64,000 nucleotides of DNA, from contig NZ_JAWVZL010000002.1 in the NCBI RefSeq assembly GCF_033722195.1, positions 14,410-78,409 on the forward strand. Direction: 5' to 3'. Position numbers and translations under genes: made by a program. Positions 36,617-45,526 of the stretch are shown here, in pieces (within the stretch, counting starts at the first letter, position 1; every line of letters begins with the position of its first letter). The notes under the pieces were generated by a model, which searched no databases, was not told the origin of the DNA, and saw only the letters and a list, made by a program, of their open reading frames with translations. Source of the stretch: Marinobacter sp. Its GTDB lineage: Bacteria; Pseudomonadota; Gammaproteobacteria; Pseudomonadales; Oleiphilaceae.

Positions 36617-37483
36617 ATGGAAACCCAGACCCTGGCCGCTTTTATCGCCGTGGTGGACGAAGGCTCCTTCTCCGCCGCCGCTGACGCCCTCAACCTGACC
36701 CAGCCGGCCATCAGCAAGCGCATTGCCACCCTGGAGCAGCAGTTCAACGCACCCATCATCGACCGCTCCCAGCGCAAACTGGCCCTGACCGACGCCGGTC
36801 AGCGGCTGCTTCCACACGCCCGCCGGATCCTGGACGAGTTCCACAACGCCCGTCTGGCGCTGTCGCCGGCCAATGATGAGGTCCAGGGCCAGCTGTCGCT
36901 CATTGCCAGCCACCACATCGGCCTCCATCACCTGCCGGCCTGGCTGCGCCGGCTCAACCGCGACTACCCGGACATCCACCTGGGGCTGCAGTTCATGGAT
37001 TCCGAGAGCGCCTTCGACCGCATGCGCAAACGCAGCGCCGAGCTGGCCTTCGTCACCCTCAACGACGCCATGGACCACAGTTTCGAGGTTCATGCCCGCT
37101 GGGATGACCCCATGGCCTTCGTGGCCGGCCGGGATCATCCGCTGGCGCGACTGGAGCATCCCACCCTGGCGGACCTTGCGGGCTTCAGCGCCCTGCTGCC
37201 CGACCCTGGCACCGCCACCTACCGCGCCATCAGCCGGCTGTTCCTGGAGGCGGACCTGGCCCTGCGCCCGGAAATGCCCACCAACTACCTGGAAACCATC
37301 AAGATGATGACCAGCGTCGGGCTGGGCTGGAGTGTGCTGCCCCGAAGCATGCTGGATCAGTCCCTGACGGAACTGACCGTACCCGCACGGGTCAGCCGGG
37401 TGCTGGGGGCCGTGGGATTGCGCGGTAGAGCCCTGTCGCCGCCGGCACGGGCGCTGCTGGCCATCGTCAACGAAAGGCCGTGA
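36617..37483 (+). CDS. LysR-family regulator divergent from leuC
   Basis: METQTLAAF...GSFSAAADALNLTQPAISKRI HTH; start ATG 36617. Confidence 0.93.
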   Translation: METQTLAAFIAVVDEGSFSAAADALNLTQPAISKRIATLEQQFNAPIIDRSQRKLALTDAGQRLLPHARRILDEFHNARLALSPANDEVQGQLSLIASHHIGLHHLPAWLRRLNRDYPDIHLGLQFMDSESAFDRMRKRSAELAFVTLNDAMDHSFEVHARWDDPMAFVAGRDHPLARLEHPTLADLAGFSALLPDPGTATYRAISRLFLEADLALRPEMPTNYLETIKMMTSVGLGWSVLPRSMLDQSLTELTVPARVSRVLGAVGLRGRALSPPARALLAIVNERP

Positions 37484-37493
37484 CAGAGAGACC

Positions 37494-38639
37494 CTAATCC
37501 TCCGGCTGGGGCGGCGGTCGCAGCCACAGCCAGGCCACCACGAAAGCCACGGCCATGGCGCCGGCCGAGGCCCAGAAGGCCGGCGAGGTGCCGGATGCAT
37601 CCACGATGAACCCCGACATCCAGGCCCCGATGGCACCGCCCGCGCCGAACGTCAGGCCGCTGTAGAGCGCCTGACCCTGGCCGTGGTGGCGCTCGCCGAA
37701 ATAGCCCTGGATGTAGTGCACGGAGATGGCGTGAAGGGCGCCGTAAGAGGCGGCGTGCAGGCACTGGGCGATGATCAGCAGCAGCAGGACATGGGACACC
37801 TCGGCAATCATCACCCAGCGCACCAGCGTCAGGAGTACCGCGGTGAGGGCAATCTGGCGGATGCTGAAACGCCGGAACACATGGTGCATCACCAGGAACA
37901 GCAGGATCTCCGCCAGTACCCCCAGGGACCACAACAGGCCGATGGCCAGCTTGTCGTAGCCCAGTTTCTCCAGGTGAATACTGAAAAAGGTGTAGTAGGC
38001 GCCGTGGGAGACCTGCAGCAGGATGTTCATGGCGAAGAAGGACAGCACCGCCGGGTCCTTCAGGATGGCCTGCAGACTGCCGCGGATATGGGGTTGGCGC
38101 TTGGGCGCACGCTCCGCCGGCACCAGCATGGACGAGGCCACAATGCCGGCAAACAGCGGCAGCAGCAGCCAGGGCAGCAGGTGGATGGGCAGCGTATCCA
38201 GCAGCCAGCCGATGACCGCCACCGACACGATAAAGCCCACCGAGCCCCAGAGGCGGACCTTGCCGTAACGGGTCCGGTCCCGTCCCAGGCCCTGCAGGGT
38301 GATGACCTCGTAGAGGGGCAGCACTGCGTTCCAGAAGAAGGTGAACGCCAGCATGACCAGCAGCAGGCCGTAGAAACCGGTGTCGAGGAAAACCCCGAGA
38401 AAACACACGGCGCCGGCGACAGCCCCGAAACGAACCAGCCTCACCCGCCGACCGGTTCGGTCCCCCAGCCAGCCCCAGAGATTGGGAGCCACCACCTTGG
38501 TGAGCTGGATGGTGGCCATCAGGGTGGCGATCTGCAGGTAACTGAAGCCCCGGTTCTCCAGGTACAGCGACCAGTAGGGCAGCAAGGCCCCCAGCAGGGC
38601 AAAGAACCAGAAATAGAGGTTGGACAGTCGCCAGTAGAT
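37494..38639 (-). CDS. MFS transporter (MFS_1-like/HcaT-like); start uncertain
   Basis: Multiple TM segments, WGWLGDRTGRR motif A; hydrophobic helix YWRLSNLYFWFFALLGALL continues upstream of the TTG at 38585. Confidence 0.8.
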   Translation of the reverse strand: MYWRLSNLYFWFFALLGALLPYWSLYLENRGFSYLQIATLMATIQLTKVVAPNLWGWLGDRTGRRVRLVRFGAVAGAVCFLGVFLDTGFYGLLLVMLAFTFFWNAVLPLYEVITLQGLGRDRTRYGKVRLWGSVGFIVSVAVIGWLLDTLPIHLLPWLLLPLFAGIVASSMLVPAERAPKRQPHIRGSLQAILKDPAVLSFFAMNILLQVSHGAYYTFFSIHLEKLGYDKLAIGLLWSLGVLAEILLFLVMHHVFRRFSIRQIALTAVLLTLVRWVMIAEVSHVLLLLIIAQCLHAASYGALHAISVHYIQGYFGERHHGQGQALYSGLTFGAGGAIGAWMSGFIVDASGTSPAFWASAGAMAVAFVVAWLWLRPPPQPED

Positions 38640-38660
38640 AGCGGTTACCTGCAGGTCCGG

Positions 38661-39761
38661 TTAGCGGGAGCGTTTCTCGATGTCGGGCGTGGTCACAGTC
38701 ACGTCGGCATTCTGGCCCCGGTGCCGCAGGTAATGATCCATCAGCACCAGCGCCATCATGGCCTCCGCGATGGGGGTGGCCCGGATACCCACACAGGGGT
38801 CATGGCGGCCGGTGGTGATCACCTCCACCGGTTCACCTTTGGAGTTGATGCTCCGGCCCGGCAGCCGCAGGCTGGAGGTGGGCTTCAGCGCGATGCTGGC
38901 CAGGATCGCCTGACCGGTGGAGATACCTCCCAGCACGCCCCCGGCGTGATTGGACAGGAACCCTTCCGGGGTCAGCTCATCCCGGTGCTCGGTGCCCTTC
39001 TGGGCGACGCAGTCAAAGCCCGCGCCTATCTCCACACCCTTGACCGCATTGATGCTCATCAGGGCGTGGGCCAGGTCGGCGTCGAGGCGGTCGAACACCG
39101 GCTCCCCCAGCCCCGGCGGCACGTTCTCCGCCACCACATTGATGCGGGCACCCACCGAATTGCCCTCCTTGCGCAGGGCGTCCATGTAGTCCTCCAGCTC
39201 CCTCACCTTGTCGGCGTCCGGGCAGAAGAAGGGGTTCTGATGCACCTGGGACCAGTCCAGTTTGTCCACCACCACCGGCCCCAGCTGCGCCAGGTACCCG
39301 CGAATCTCCACACCCAGCCGCTCCCGCAGGAACTTGCGGGCCACGGCGCCAGCGGCTACCCGCATGGCGGTCTCCCGGGCCGAGGAACGGCCGCCGCCGC
39401 GATAGTCCCGGAAACCGTACTTGTGCATGTAGGTGTAATCGGCGTGGGCCGGGCGGAACTGGTCTGCGATCTTGGAGTAGTCCTTGGAGCGCTGGTCGGT
39501 ATTCTCGATCAGCAGGCCGATGGGGGTGCCGGTGGTCTTGCCCTCGAAGACCCCCGAGAGGATGCGCACCTCATCCGCTTCCCGGCGCTGGGTGGTATGG
39601 CGGGAGGTACCCGGCTTGCGGCGATCCAGATCCCCCTGCAGATCGGCCTCGGACAGCTCAAGCCCTGGCGGGCAACCGTCAATGATGCAGCCCAGAGCTG
39701 CGCCATGGCTCTCGCCGAAGGTGGTTACCGTGAAGAGCTTACCGAAGCTGTTTCCAGACAT
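38661..39761 (-). CDS. aroC: Chorismate synthase
   Basis: [34 protein letters not shown]. Confidence 0.98.
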   Translation of the reverse strand: MSGNSFGKLFTVTTFGESHGAALGCIIDGCPPGLELSEADLQGDLDRRKPGTSRHTTQRREADEVRILSGVFEGKTTGTPIGLLIENTDQRSKDYSKIADQFRPAHADYTYMHKYGFRDYRGGGRSSARETAMRVAAGAVARKFLRERLGVEIRGYLAQLGPVVVDKLDWSQVHQNPFFCPDADKVRELEDYMDALRKEGNSVGARINVVAENVPPGLGEPVFDRLDADLAHALMSINAVKGVEIGAGFDCVAQKGTEHRDELTPEGFLSNHAGGVLGGISTGQAILASIALKPTSSLRLPGRSINSKGEPVEVITTGRHDPCVGIRATPIAEAMMALVLMDHYLRHRGQNADVTVTTPDIEKRSR

Positions 39762-39796
39762 ATCAATATCTTACTTTGGTTATTTAAGGTGAATAA

Positions 39797-40702
39797 TCAG
39801 TTCTTCGAAGCCTGCCACCGGGTCAGGTCCTCGGCACTCAACAGGAAAACACCGTCGCCGCCCTGTTCAAATTCCAGCCAGATAAAAGGCAGATCCGGGT
39901 AGGCCGCCTCCAGCGCGGGCCAGCTGTTACCCACTTCGACAATCAGCAGGCCACCCGGGTTCAGGTGGTCGGCGGCACCGGCCAGTATCCGGTGGGCGAT
40001 ATCCAGGCCGTCGTCGCCGGCCGCCAGGCCCAGTACCGGCTCATGGCGGAACTCTTCCGGCATGGCCGCCAGATCGGCGGCATCCACATAGGGCGGATTG
40101 CTGAGGATGAGGTCGTAGCGGCCTTCGATGGCGTTGAAGACATCGGAAGCCACCGCCCTCACCCGGTTACCCAGCTCGTGCATGGCGATGTTGGCCTGCG
40201 CCACTGCCAGGGCATCGGTGGAGATGTCGGCCAGATCCACCTCGGCATCCTCGAACACGGTCGCGGCGGCAATACCGATACAGCCACTGCCGGTACACAG
40301 ATCCAGAATCCGGTTGACCGGCTGGTCGCTGAGCCAGGGCTGGACGCCGGCCTCGAGTATCTCGGCAAAGGGCGAGCGCGGCACCAGCACGCGCTCGTCC
40401 ACCATGAACGGCAGCCCCATGAACCAGGCCTCGCCCAGCAGGTAAGCCACTGGAATCCGGTCATTGATACGACGATCGATCCGCTCCAGGATCATCTTGC
40501 GCTCACCCCGGGTGAGCCGGGCATCCAGGAACAGAGTATTGTTCTCCAGTGGGAGATGCAGGCTGCGCATCACCAGTTGTACCGCCTCGTCCCAGACGTT
40601 GTCGGTGCCGTGACCGTAAAAGAGCTCGGAGCTGGCGAACCGCGAGGTGGCGTATCGCAGCAGGTCCCGAATGCTCAACAGATCGTCTATGGGCTGGCTC
40701 AC
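39797..40702 (-). CDS. prmB: Ribosomal protein L3 N5-glutamine methyltransferase
   Basis: [34 protein letters not shown]; upstream of aroC. Confidence 0.95.
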   Translation of the reverse strand: MSQPIDDLLSIRDLLRYATSRFASSELFYGHGTDNVWDEAVQLVMRSLHLPLENNTLFLDARLTRGERKMILERIDRRINDRIPVAYLLGEAWFMGLPFMVDERVLVPRSPFAEILEAGVQPWLSDQPVNRILDLCTGSGCIGIAAATVFEDAEVDLADISTDALAVAQANIAMHELGNRVRAVASDVFNAIEGRYDLILSNPPYVDAADLAAMPEEFRHEPVLGLAAGDDGLDIAHRILAGAADHLNPGGLLIVEVGNSWPALEAAYPDLPFIWLEFEQGGDGVFLLSAEDLTRWQASKN

Positions 40703-40785
40703 GTCGCCGCTTCCTCTGGTGTTGCAAATGGATTCGTGACCCGTCAGAAGCCTGTGGCAGGCGGCCGCCCGGGTCCGGGTGCAGG

Positions 40786-40791
40786 ATTATA
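40786..40791 (-). promoter_or_regulatory. Putative -10 box for prmB-aroC
   Basis: TATAAT on minus strand ~85 nt upstream of the prmB GTG. Confidence 0.45.
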
Positions 40792-40850
40792 CGCCGAACC
40801 GGGGCGATTCTGCAGCCGTAGCGGCGAATGCGTGATACCGGCGGTGGTAT

Positions 40851-42164
40851 TCAGGTGGCCAGGGGGCCGGAGCTGCTTTCGTCGCGCTCGTAGCGGTCCA
40901 GGGCCGCGGACATCCGGTCCCGCCCGAGCTGAATCAGCTCCGGCGCCTTGTGATAGTCGTAGGTGCGGCAGGCGTTCTTGGGCAGATTCACCAACAGATC
41001 CGGCGGATACCCGGCAATCTTGTACTGCACCAGGGCACTCTGCATGGTCTCGATGGTCAGGTTCATGATGTCGAACTTGCCGATGCCCAACCGGTCCCAG
41101 GCGATGGTTTCCGGCTCGTCGCTGCCCTCCTCCTGATCTTCCCTGGCAGCCTCCTTGTCGACCTGTTGCTTGCGGGCGGCAGCGGCAATCTTGTCCTGGG
41201 GCGCGACGCTGTCGGTATCTCCAGCCTCGCTGTCGCGGCGGCTGACGAACGACCTGACCATATCCCAGTCGAACCAGCGGGAGGCCTTGTCGCGCATCTT
41301 TTCCACCCATTCCTCCAGATCGGAGTCCGGCTCCTCTTCAAAGGCAGCGTCCGGCAGGCGGCTGCGGCGCTCGTCTTCGCCACTGAGGTTGACCGCCACG
41401 ATAAGATCCGCATGGGAGGAAATGGTGGGGATGATCGGCAGAGGGTTCAGCAGCGCCCCGTCCACCAGCACCCGGCCGTTGAGCACGACCGGCGTGACCA
41501 CGCCGGGAATGGCCACCGAGGCCCGGATGGCCTGGTGCAGCGGGCCCTCCTGGAACCAGATTTCCTTGTGGGCCAGCAGGTCCGTCGCCACGGCTGTGTA
41601 GGACAGGGGCAGGTCCTCGATACGGGTGTCCCCGAGCATGTCCCGCACCACGGAGAAGATCTTCTCACCGCGGATGGCACCGGGAGAGGACAGGGACACA
41701 TCCAGCAGTTTGAGCACGTCGAACTGGCCGAGGCCGGTGACCCAGTCCTTGTAATCCTTCATCTTGCCGGCGGCAAACACACCGCCAATGAGAGCACCCA
41801 TGGAGCATCCGGAAATGGCGGTGATCTCGTAACCCCGCTCCACCAGCACCTCGATGGCGCCGATGTGGGCATAACCCCGGGCGCCACCACTGCCCAGGGT
41901 CAGAGCGACGGTGGTCTTGTGGTCCTTGGGGGTCTTCCGAAGTGACGAGGCGGTCTCGGGCGCGCGGGTGGTCACAGGCTTGCCAGCGCCGGAGCGGGTT
42001 TCCAGGGGCGTACCCTCGGCTGTCTCGCTGTCCGCCGCCTGGCTCTCGTTATCGTTCTCGCCCTGGCTTTCGGTCTTGCTCTCGGTCTTGTTTTCGGTCT
42101 TGCTTTCGCCCTTGGGAGCGTCCGTGCCGCTGCCCTCGCGGTTCTTGTCCGGGTCTTTGCTCAT
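40851..42164 (-). CDS. Patatin-like phospholipase (RssA-like)
   Basis: GSGGARG, GCSMG (GxSxG), VDGA; low-complexity N-terminus. Confidence 0.9.
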   Translation of the reverse strand: MSKDPDKNREGSGTDAPKGESKTENKTESKTESQGENDNESQAADSETAEGTPLETRSGAGKPVTTRAPETASSLRKTPKDHKTTVALTLGSGGARGYAHIGAIEVLVERGYEITAISGCSMGALIGGVFAAGKMKDYKDWVTGLGQFDVLKLLDVSLSSPGAIRGEKIFSVVRDMLGDTRIEDLPLSYTAVATDLLAHKEIWFQEGPLHQAIRASVAIPGVVTPVVLNGRVLVDGALLNPLPIIPTISSHADLIVAVNLSGEDERRSRLPDAAFEEEPDSDLEEWVEKMRDKASRWFDWDMVRSFVSRRDSEAGDTDSVAPQDKIAAAARKQQVDKEAAREDQEEGSDEPETIAWDRLGIGKFDIMNLTIETMQSALVQYKIAGYPPDLLVNLPKNACRTYDYHKAPELIQLGRDRMSAALDRYERDESSSGPLAT

Positions 42165-42201
42165 GCGATGGCTCCTTGCGATGGTAAGGCTCTAAGGCGG
42201 A

Positions 42202-43116
42202 TCAGGGCTGGCTGACGACCTTCACCTCAATCCGGTTGCCCTGGCGGGAGGGATCTTCAAATCGCACCGCCGGGCCGATGATCACCGGTACGATCTGCTC
42301 CCGGCTGACCCCGCTCTTGCCCAAAAGTGTGGCCAGGGAGTCGGCCGCCTGGCGGGCCCTGTCCATGGCATCGGCCAGGCTCTGGTCGTCGCCCAGCACC
42401 GTGTAACTGTTCAGCAGCACCTGGCTGCCGGGTTCCGCTGACCATTCCTGCAGCTGCCGGCGGGCAGCCGCATCGTAATCGAACTGGAAAGTCACGCCGC
42501 CACTCCAGGACACGATAACCGGGCCACGAATCCGGGCCGAACCCGTGCTGAAGCCGGGCACCACTGCATCCGGTCCGGTGGTGAGCTGCTCCACCCAGAC
42601 GTACTCCCGCTGATTGCCGCGGGTGACGGTATACACCAGCACCAGATGCAAAACGCCGTCAGTGTCCTTGTAGGCCGCCGCCAGGTAATCCTGATTGATG
42701 TCACGGCCGTAGAGCCGGGCCTCGTTGAAGATCTGGTTGGCCCAGACATTACTGCGGCCACAGTCCCGGCCGGTGCAGCGGAACAGGATGACCGCATTGC
42801 GCTCGTCCAGCTGGTCCAGGTAATACTTGCGGGCGGCGGACCGGCTGGCGTCACGGTTCACCTGCAGCAGTTGCCCGACACCCTCTACCGCGGGGCGGAT
42901 GATGGATTCGGAGCGGATTTCATCATTCACTTCCCGCACCGGACTGAGCAGAATGCGGTGGGATGAGGACTGGATCGGCCGCTCCAACTCGAGAGAAGCA
43001 CGCTCATAGGGCTCAATGGGAGCGGCCATGGCTACCGTGGTGCCAATAACCAGCAGAAAAAGGGCCCCAAGAAAGCTCCGCCCATAGCGGGTCAGCTGAT
43101 GCCTAGCCTTTGTCAC
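42202..43116 (-). CDS. Exported DUF4892-like protein
   Basis: Signal peptide; FRCTGRDCGRSNVWAN motif. Confidence 0.7.
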   Translation of the reverse strand: MTKARHQLTRYGRSFLGALFLLVIGTTVAMAAPIEPYERASLELERPIQSSSHRILLSPVREVNDEIRSESIIRPAVEGVGQLLQVNRDASRSAARKYYLDQLDERNAVILFRCTGRDCGRSNVWANQIFNEARLYGRDINQDYLAAAYKDTDGVLHLVLVYTVTRGNQREYVWVEQLTTGPDAVVPGFSTGSARIRGPVIVSWSGGVTFQFDYDAAARRQLQEWSAEPGSQVLLNSYTVLGDDQSLADAMDRARQAADSLATLLGKSGVSREQIVPVIIGPAVRFEDPSRQGNRIEVKVVSQP

Positions 43117-44017
43117 TGAGAAACTCCCCTACCGCGTCGGCCACCGGGCGCGTATCGCCATCCAGGTGACAGTGATGAGAGCCGGCCACTGTTATCTCGG
43201 TGAGACGGTGAACGGCGTCCAGCCGGCGCTGCCAACGTTCCCGGGTGCCCAACAGACCGCCCTCCGCACGCACCAGCAGGGTCGGCGCCTGGACCCCCTC
43301 AAGAAAAGCCATGGCCTGGTCATCGTTGTACATCATCAGGGAGGGATGCCGCAGCCTTGGGTCGGTGCGCCATTGGTAGCCTTGTGCGGTTTCCCTCAGG
43401 TTGCGGCCTACCAGCTGGGCCGCCGCTTCCGGCGACAGCGGGCTGAGGCCACCGGCGCGGGCGGTGGCGGCTTCTTCCCGGGTGCGATAACCGGCACTGC
43501 TGCCGGAGCCCGCCAGGCGCTTGATAATCCCCCGCCGGAGCTGACTGACGGCCTCGTTTGAGGCCTTGGTGATCGGCCCGAGGCTGTCGATGACCACCAG
43601 CTTGCGCACTTTCTCCGGGAAGGCCGCGGCGTACATCATGCAGACAATACCGCCGAGAGAATGCCCCACCAGATCCACTGGTCCCTCGAAGCCTGTTTCC
43701 AGCACTTCCGCCAGGTCCGCTACGTAATCCGCCAGCAGGTACCCCTGCCCGGCCGGCCGGTGGCCGGAATGACCGTGGCCTGCCATATCCAGGGCGTAAA
43801 CGTCGGTGGCCTCAGCCAGTGCGGGCGCCAGGCGAGAGAATGAAAGGCAGTTATCAAGCCAGCCGTGGAGCATGACCACCGGGGGTCGTTGCGGCTCACG
43901 CTGCTCCGCCGGCCAGTGCACGCCAGCGATGGTCAGGTGACGAAGCGGCCAGCGCATTTCCTGGTAGCCGGTGTCCTCGGGGCTCACGGGGGATACTGCC
44001 AGGGAGTCGTTCATCAA
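43103..44017 (-). CDS. Alpha/beta hydrolase
   Basis: LHGWLDN, DMAGHGHS, GHSLGG nucleophile elbow, GSHHCH. Confidence 0.92.
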   Translation of the reverse strand: MMNDSLAVSPVSPEDTGYQEMRWPLRHLTIAGVHWPAEQREPQRPPVVMLHGWLDNCLSFSRLAPALAEATDVYALDMAGHGHSGHRPAGQGYLLADYVADLAEVLETGFEGPVDLVGHSLGGIVCMMYAAAFPEKVRKLVVIDSLGPITKASNEAVSQLRRGIIKRLAGSGSSAGYRTREEAATARAGGLSPLSPEAAAQLVGRNLRETAQGYQWRTDPRLRHPSLMMYNDDQAMAFLEGVQAPTLLVRAEGGLLGTRERWQRRLDAVHRLTEITVAGSHHCHLDGDTRPVADAVGEFLSDKG

Positions 44018-44029
44018 ACCGGTGGTGCC

Positions 44030-44380
44030 TTACATGGTGTGGGTGGGGCGATCGGAGCTGAGCGCGCCCGCCAGGTAGGACTCGATCTTGTGACGGGCAG
44101 ATTCGTCATCGCCGGTGAACTGGACACCAATGCCCGCGGCCCGGTTGCCCTGGGCGCCCTTGGGGGTTATCCAGATCACCTTGCCCGCCACCGGCAGCTT
44201 TTCCGGCTCATCCATCAGGTTCAGCAGGAGGAAAACCTCATCGCCGAGCTGGTACTGCTTCTGGGTGGGAATGAACAGGCCACCCTGACGGATATAGGGC
44301 ATGTAAGCGGCGTAGAGTACCGCCTTGTCCTTGATGGTCAGGGTCAGAATGCCACTGCGAGCGCCAAAGCCAGGCCCCAT
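44030..44380 (-). CDS. pilZ: Type IV pilus assembly PilZ
   Basis: LYAAYMPYIRQGGLFIPT...GIGVQF...SDRPTHTM; downstream of holB. Confidence 0.93.
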   Translation of the reverse strand: MGPGFGARSGILTLTIKDKAVLYAAYMPYIRQGGLFIPTQKQYQLGDEVFLLLNLMDEPEKLPVAGKVIWITPKGAQGNRAAGIGVQFTGDDESARHKIESYLAGALSSDRPTHTM

Positions 44381-44470
44381 AGCCTTATCCTTACGTTAAA
44401 CGGTTGCTGGTAACATGCTTCAATCATAGCAGGCGGTATCCCGCCCCGCCCAGACACTGGTGCCATAAAA

Positions 44471-45520
44471 CTAACCGGCCCGGCGCTGCCGTCTGGGCAT
44501 CAACGCCTGCCATTCGATCAGCAGTCGCTCCGCCTCCAGTTCCGGACTGGCGTTGTAGACCAGTGCTGACCGGCTCTCGCGGATGGAATCCAATAACTGG
44601 TGCGCCCGCCAGGGCGGGTTCGTCCGCGCCAGGAAAGCCAGCATCTCGGCGGCATCCTCATCTCTGGCGCTGCCGCCGGCACCCAGTCGGGCAAGGTCCG
44701 CGGCCCAGAGCTCCATCAGCCAGAGCGTGGGTTCCGCCCCCAGGGTCTTGAAGGGCTTGGCGGCCTCCCCGACGGTCACCTCGGATTTCATGAACCGGCG
44801 AAACAGGGACAGGGCCTCCTCCCGCATGGCCAGATAGTCACCTGCCAGGTAGTCCAGCGCCAGCCGTGGCGCAAAGCGTGCCATCGCCAGCGCTTTCCGG
44901 CAGCTGTCTTCGTCGGCTACGGCGCCGCCCTGGCTCTCAAGCTGGGCGGACAGCCACCGGGCCGCCTCATCAGGTCCGGGGGTGGCGATGGTGAGCGCCT
45001 GGCACCGGGAGCGCAGGGTTGGCAGGATCGGCCGGCCGGTCTCCTGAAGCAGGAGCAGCACCACATCGGCACTGGGCTCCTCCAGGGTCTTGAGCAGCGC
45101 GTTGGCGGCATTGATGTTGAGCTGGTCCGCCCGGTCAATCACGATCAGCTTGCGCCGGGCCACCTGGGGCGAAGCCACCGCGAAGGCGGACAGGGCTCGG
45201 ACCTGGTCCACCTTGATCATCCGTGACTTCTCGGGGGCGTAGATGCGGATATCTGGATGGGTGCCCGCCTGTACCAGTTCGCACTGTTTGCAGCCGCCAC
45301 AGGGCCGGTAATCCGGCGTGGTGGTCCGCTCGCACACCAGGCTATGAGCTAGCCGGTCGGCAAATGCCCGCTTGCCCACGCCCTGCTCGCCGCCGATCAG
45401 CAGCGCGTGGGGCAGCTGGCCCGCATCAAGGCGCCCGGCCACGAACGACCAGGGCCGCTCATGCCAGCTCATGGGCAGTAACTGCCGGGTGTCCTGGGCT
45501 TCGGGTTCGGATGTCGGCAA
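44471..45520 (-). CDS. holB: DNA polymerase III delta' subunit
   Basis: PHALL, CGGCKQC, HPD, AANALLKTLEEP, PTLRSRCQ. Confidence 0.93.
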   Translation of the reverse strand: MPTSEPEAQDTRQLLPMSWHERPWSFVAGRLDAGQLPHALLIGGEQGVGKRAFADRLAHSLVCERTTTPDYRPCGGCKQCELVQAGTHPDIRIYAPEKSRMIKVDQVRALSAFAVASPQVARRKLIVIDRADQLNINAANALLKTLEEPSADVVLLLLQETGRPILPTLRSRCQALTIATPGPDEAARWLSAQLESQGGAVADEDSCRKALAMARFAPRLALDYLAGDYLAMREEALSLFRRFMKSEVTVGEAAKPFKTLGAEPTLWLMELWAADLARLGAGGSARDEDAAEMLAFLARTNPPWRAHQLLDSIRESRSALVYNASPELEAERLLIEWQALMPRRQRRAG

Positions 45521-45526
45521 GTGCGT

